From the NCBI RefSeq assembly GCF_006345805.1, contig NW_021833243.1:1-64000 (forward strand): DNA of 64,000 bases. The letters are read 5' to 3'. The position numbers were made by a program, and so were the translations under genes. This document shows, piece after piece, positions 60,940-64,000 of the stretch. The notes beneath the pieces were generated by a model. That model was not told the DNA's origin. It was given only the letters and a program-made list of their open reading frames with translations, and ran no database searches. Position 1 is the first letter of the stretch, and the number at the start of each line of letters is the position of its first letter. Origin of the DNA: Octopus sinensis. Its lineage: Eukaryota.

Positions 60940-61637
60940 GTGGCTATGGCGAAAGAATGTATCTGGTGGACGCGTCTGAAAGGATTGGAGACAAACACTT
61001 TCCTCTCTGGTCAATCTCTCATCAACTTCTTCAAGTACTACTTGAAAAGGAAAGTGAGAGTAGAAAGGCAAGTTTTGTCTAGCGAATGTTTTAAAAAAAG
61101 ATGGGTGAATGTAGCAAGGATGGCATGTATGAATGACGAAGCCACCTTGAGCATAATCCTATGAACCCAGAAATTGAAAACAGCGGGTTACCCACTTGCA
61201 AACAAATGTGGTAACATATAACAATATTGACCAAGGTTACCATGGTCTTTTTCGTAGGCTTTTCTTCCCACGGATAAACCTTACTTGCTTTCCCCTTTAC
61301 ACCATATATCATAACACTGATACACGATCCCTATTGATCGTTCTTTTTTTCCCTCTTCCCCTTTTTTCTCCTTTTTTCTTCTTTTTTCATTTCTCTCTTC
61401 CTTTGTTCCTTTTCCTTTTCTTTTTCTTTTTTTATTCTTTTTCTTTTTTATTTTTTAAATTTTTTTTTGTTTTTTGTTCTTTTCTTCCCTTTTACGATCC
61501 CTCTTGATCGAAAACCTACGCCACCCCCTTTTTTTTTTTTTTCTTTTGTTTTTTGTTTTTTTCATCCCCCAAAAGAAAAGCTCTACCCTGTAACTTGTCC
61601 CATCTGTGTGCAGCCCTGTGTGGCCAATAAAGAAACT
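60939..61637 (+). mobile_element. 5'-truncated Tx1-clade LINE (ORF2 C-terminus plus 3' UTR) embedded in (TATC)n
   Basis: VAMAKECIWWTR...KKRWVNVA matches the C-terminus of 17116-20464 at 25/64 residues by eye; AATAAA at 61626; (TATC)n on both sides. Confidence 0.82.
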
Positions 61638-61703
61638 TATCTATCTATCTATCTGTATGTATGTATATATGTCTGTCTGTCTATCTGTTTATCTATCTAT
61701 CTT

Positions 61704-61762
<59 letters not shown>

Positions 61763-62684
61763 GTCTATCTATCTGACTATGTATCCATCCATCCACATCC
61801 ATCCCTCCCTCCCTCCCTACTTACCTACCTACCTACCTACCTACCTACCTACCTACCTACCTACCTACCTACCTACCTACCTACCTATGTATATAATACA
61901 TGATTGATCAGTAGCCACTAAACCATTTTCTATTTTCTCTCTCTGTTTATTTCTGTTTAAGAGCGTAAGTTCGAAACGTAAAAGACTTTCTCACTTCCCG
62001 AGCGTTAAACTAATACATCATCTTTTTGTTGTTTACACACCCGTCTTCGTAGTTTTCTTCTTAAATTTTTTATTTTGTAAATTCCAACTATATAATGCTC
62101 TACAAATCCACATTCGGAGGAAAATATCTCAAAAAATATTCTCTACGTAAGATAGGGTATGGTGTCAGAAGATGGAAAGCTTCAATCAACCATTATTTTC
62201 TCTGCAATTAGCGCAGAAAAACTTTCCCCGGAGAAAGTTTAAAGTCTTTAAAAAACATGCAACTAGGATAAATCTAATGTCTATTGATTGAATCTTTTGG
62301 ACAATATTTGTGTGTGTGTGTGTGTATTTGTGTGTGTGTGTATTTGTGTGTGTGTATGTGTGTGTTTGCATGTGTGTGTATGAAAGCATGTAATACGTAA
62401 GTATGTATATGCGTATACATGCATGTATGCATATATGTCTGTATGAGAGTGCGTGTTTGTATGTACGTGCATGTGTAAGTATGTATGGAAGGATGTATGT
62501 ATTGTGTGTGTATGTATGTGTGTATGTGTGGATACATGCATGTTTATATGCAAGCATACGCGCACATGATTTTGCGGAGAGGTGCAAATTAGGAAATTTA
62601 GCTAAAAGCGAATTGATTTATAACACATGTATATGAATGCAATTAAATTGGAAAATGGTGATGATGATAATAATAATAATAATG

Positions 62685-62736
<52 letters not shown>

Positions 62737-62741
62737 TAATA

Positions 62742-62795
<54 letters not shown>

Positions 62796-62808
62796 TAATA
62801 ATAATGAT

Positions 62809-63014
62809 CTTTGTACTGGAAGCACAAGGCCTCAAATTTGGGGAAGGGATCAAGTCGACTACACCGACTTCAGTGCGTAACTAGTACTAATTTTATCGAC
62901 CCTTAAAGGATGATAGGCAAAGTCGACCTCGGTGGAATTTGAACTCAGAACGTAGCGAAATACCGGTAAGCATTTCGCCCACCGTGCTAACGGTTCAGCC
63001 AGCTCACCCCCCTT
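62809..63014 (-). mobile_element. Meta-like SINE inside an (AAT)n array
   Basis: ttatcgaccc..ggcaaagtcgacctcgg..ccagctcacc. Confidence 0.85.
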
Positions 63015-63027
63015 AATAATAATAATA

Positions 63028-63094
<67 letters not shown>

Positions 63095-63776
63095 TGAAAA
63101 GAAATATTACAAGTAACTGCAGAATATGTGGAGATGGACAAGAAACAATAAATCATATTATCTCAGCTGCCCAGTCCTGGCTAAGAAGGAATATATTCAC
63201 AGACATGACAGAGTTGGAACCTACATACATTGGAAGCTATGCCAACATTATGGATAACAACAGAAAAAAGATGGTATAGGCACACACCAGAAAAGGTCAC
63301 AGAAAACGAGAAAGCACACCATACTCTGGATATGCGATACACACAGATAAAGAAATTAAGGCCAACAGACCAGATATAGTTGTCAGAGATCATGAAGGAA
63401 AAAAATGCTTTCTAATTGATGTATCAATACCGGCAGATGACAACGTCTCTCTAAAAGAAATGGAGAAACTCTCAAAATACAAAGACCTGGAATAGAGGTA
63501 ACTAGAATGTGGAACCTGAAAACAGAAACAATTCCTATCATAGTAGGTTCATTAGGCATGATAAAAAAATATTCAGACAAATACATAACAAAAACACCAG
63601 GACTTACAAAACATATAACATACAGAAAATTGCACTAGTAGGCACTGCACACATCCTACGCAGAACACTTTCCATACAATAACCATCAGAGCATCACGAC
63701 AAATCACAGCACATACCCAAGGCACACAGAGCTGCGCTCGGTAGTGAAGTGAAAGCACGCTATAAAAATAAAACTA

Positions 63777-63780
<4 letters not shown>
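63095..63780 (+). mobile_element. R4/Dong-type RLE non-LTR retrotransposon 3' fragment in (AAT)n
   Basis: CRICG..ETINHIIS.C zinc knuckle, RHD, RPDIV...LIDVSIP...EKLSKYKDL restriction-like endonuclease; stop at 63680; (TAA)n on both sides. Confidence 0.9.
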
Positions 63781-63874
<94 letters not shown>

Positions 63875-63885
63875 TAATAATAATT

Positions 63886-64000
63886 ATGGAATAACATTAT
63901 GGAATAACAACAGAAAAAGATGGTATTGGCACACACCAGAAAAGGTAACAGAAAACGAGAAAGCAACCATACCCTGGGATATGCCAATACACACAGATAG
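63886..64000 (+). mobile_element. Second, more truncated R4/Dong copy running off the window
   Basis: Near-identical to ~63250-63350. Confidence 0.88.

Noticed and set aside
61953-61984. HHR-like ctgtttaagagc..gttcgaaacgta
   Set aside because: The core is too degenerate; at most a dead pLTR relic.

Overview
This is repeat-saturated animal DNA: AT-rich, packed with microsatellites, and carrying tRNA-derived SINE families that point to an Octopus genome (inference). No confident host gene is present; there are only two weak minus-strand exon candidates. Almost all long ORFs in the supplied track are either retrotransposon remnants or microsatellite artefacts. Recognisable elements are: an RTE LINE with a PHD finger inside its RT (583-3676); two CR1-group LINE fragments; a full-length Tx1/L1-clade LINE with a 17-bp TSD (15452-20715); a second Tx1-family 3' fragment inside (TATC)n; a near-complete Neptune-type Penelope-like element (PLE; about 21212-26508) plus further PLE fragments; two R4/Dong RLE fragments in (AAT)n; a Tc1/mariner derivative carrying a 28S rRNA fragment; and more than 20 SINEs. 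The most striking layer is RNA structure. About nine large fold-back repeats occur, several carrying type I hammerhead ribozymes (HHRs) with palindromic stem III. There is also a tRNA-box plus HHR element, a ~355-nt HHR monomer into which the Tx1 LINE inserted 5 nt upstream of the ribozyme, and two copies of an apparently non-circularly permuted (pseudoknotted) hammerhead with a compensatory base change. All folds were read by eye and need covariance-model and cleavage tests. Coordinates of degenerate repeats are approximate.
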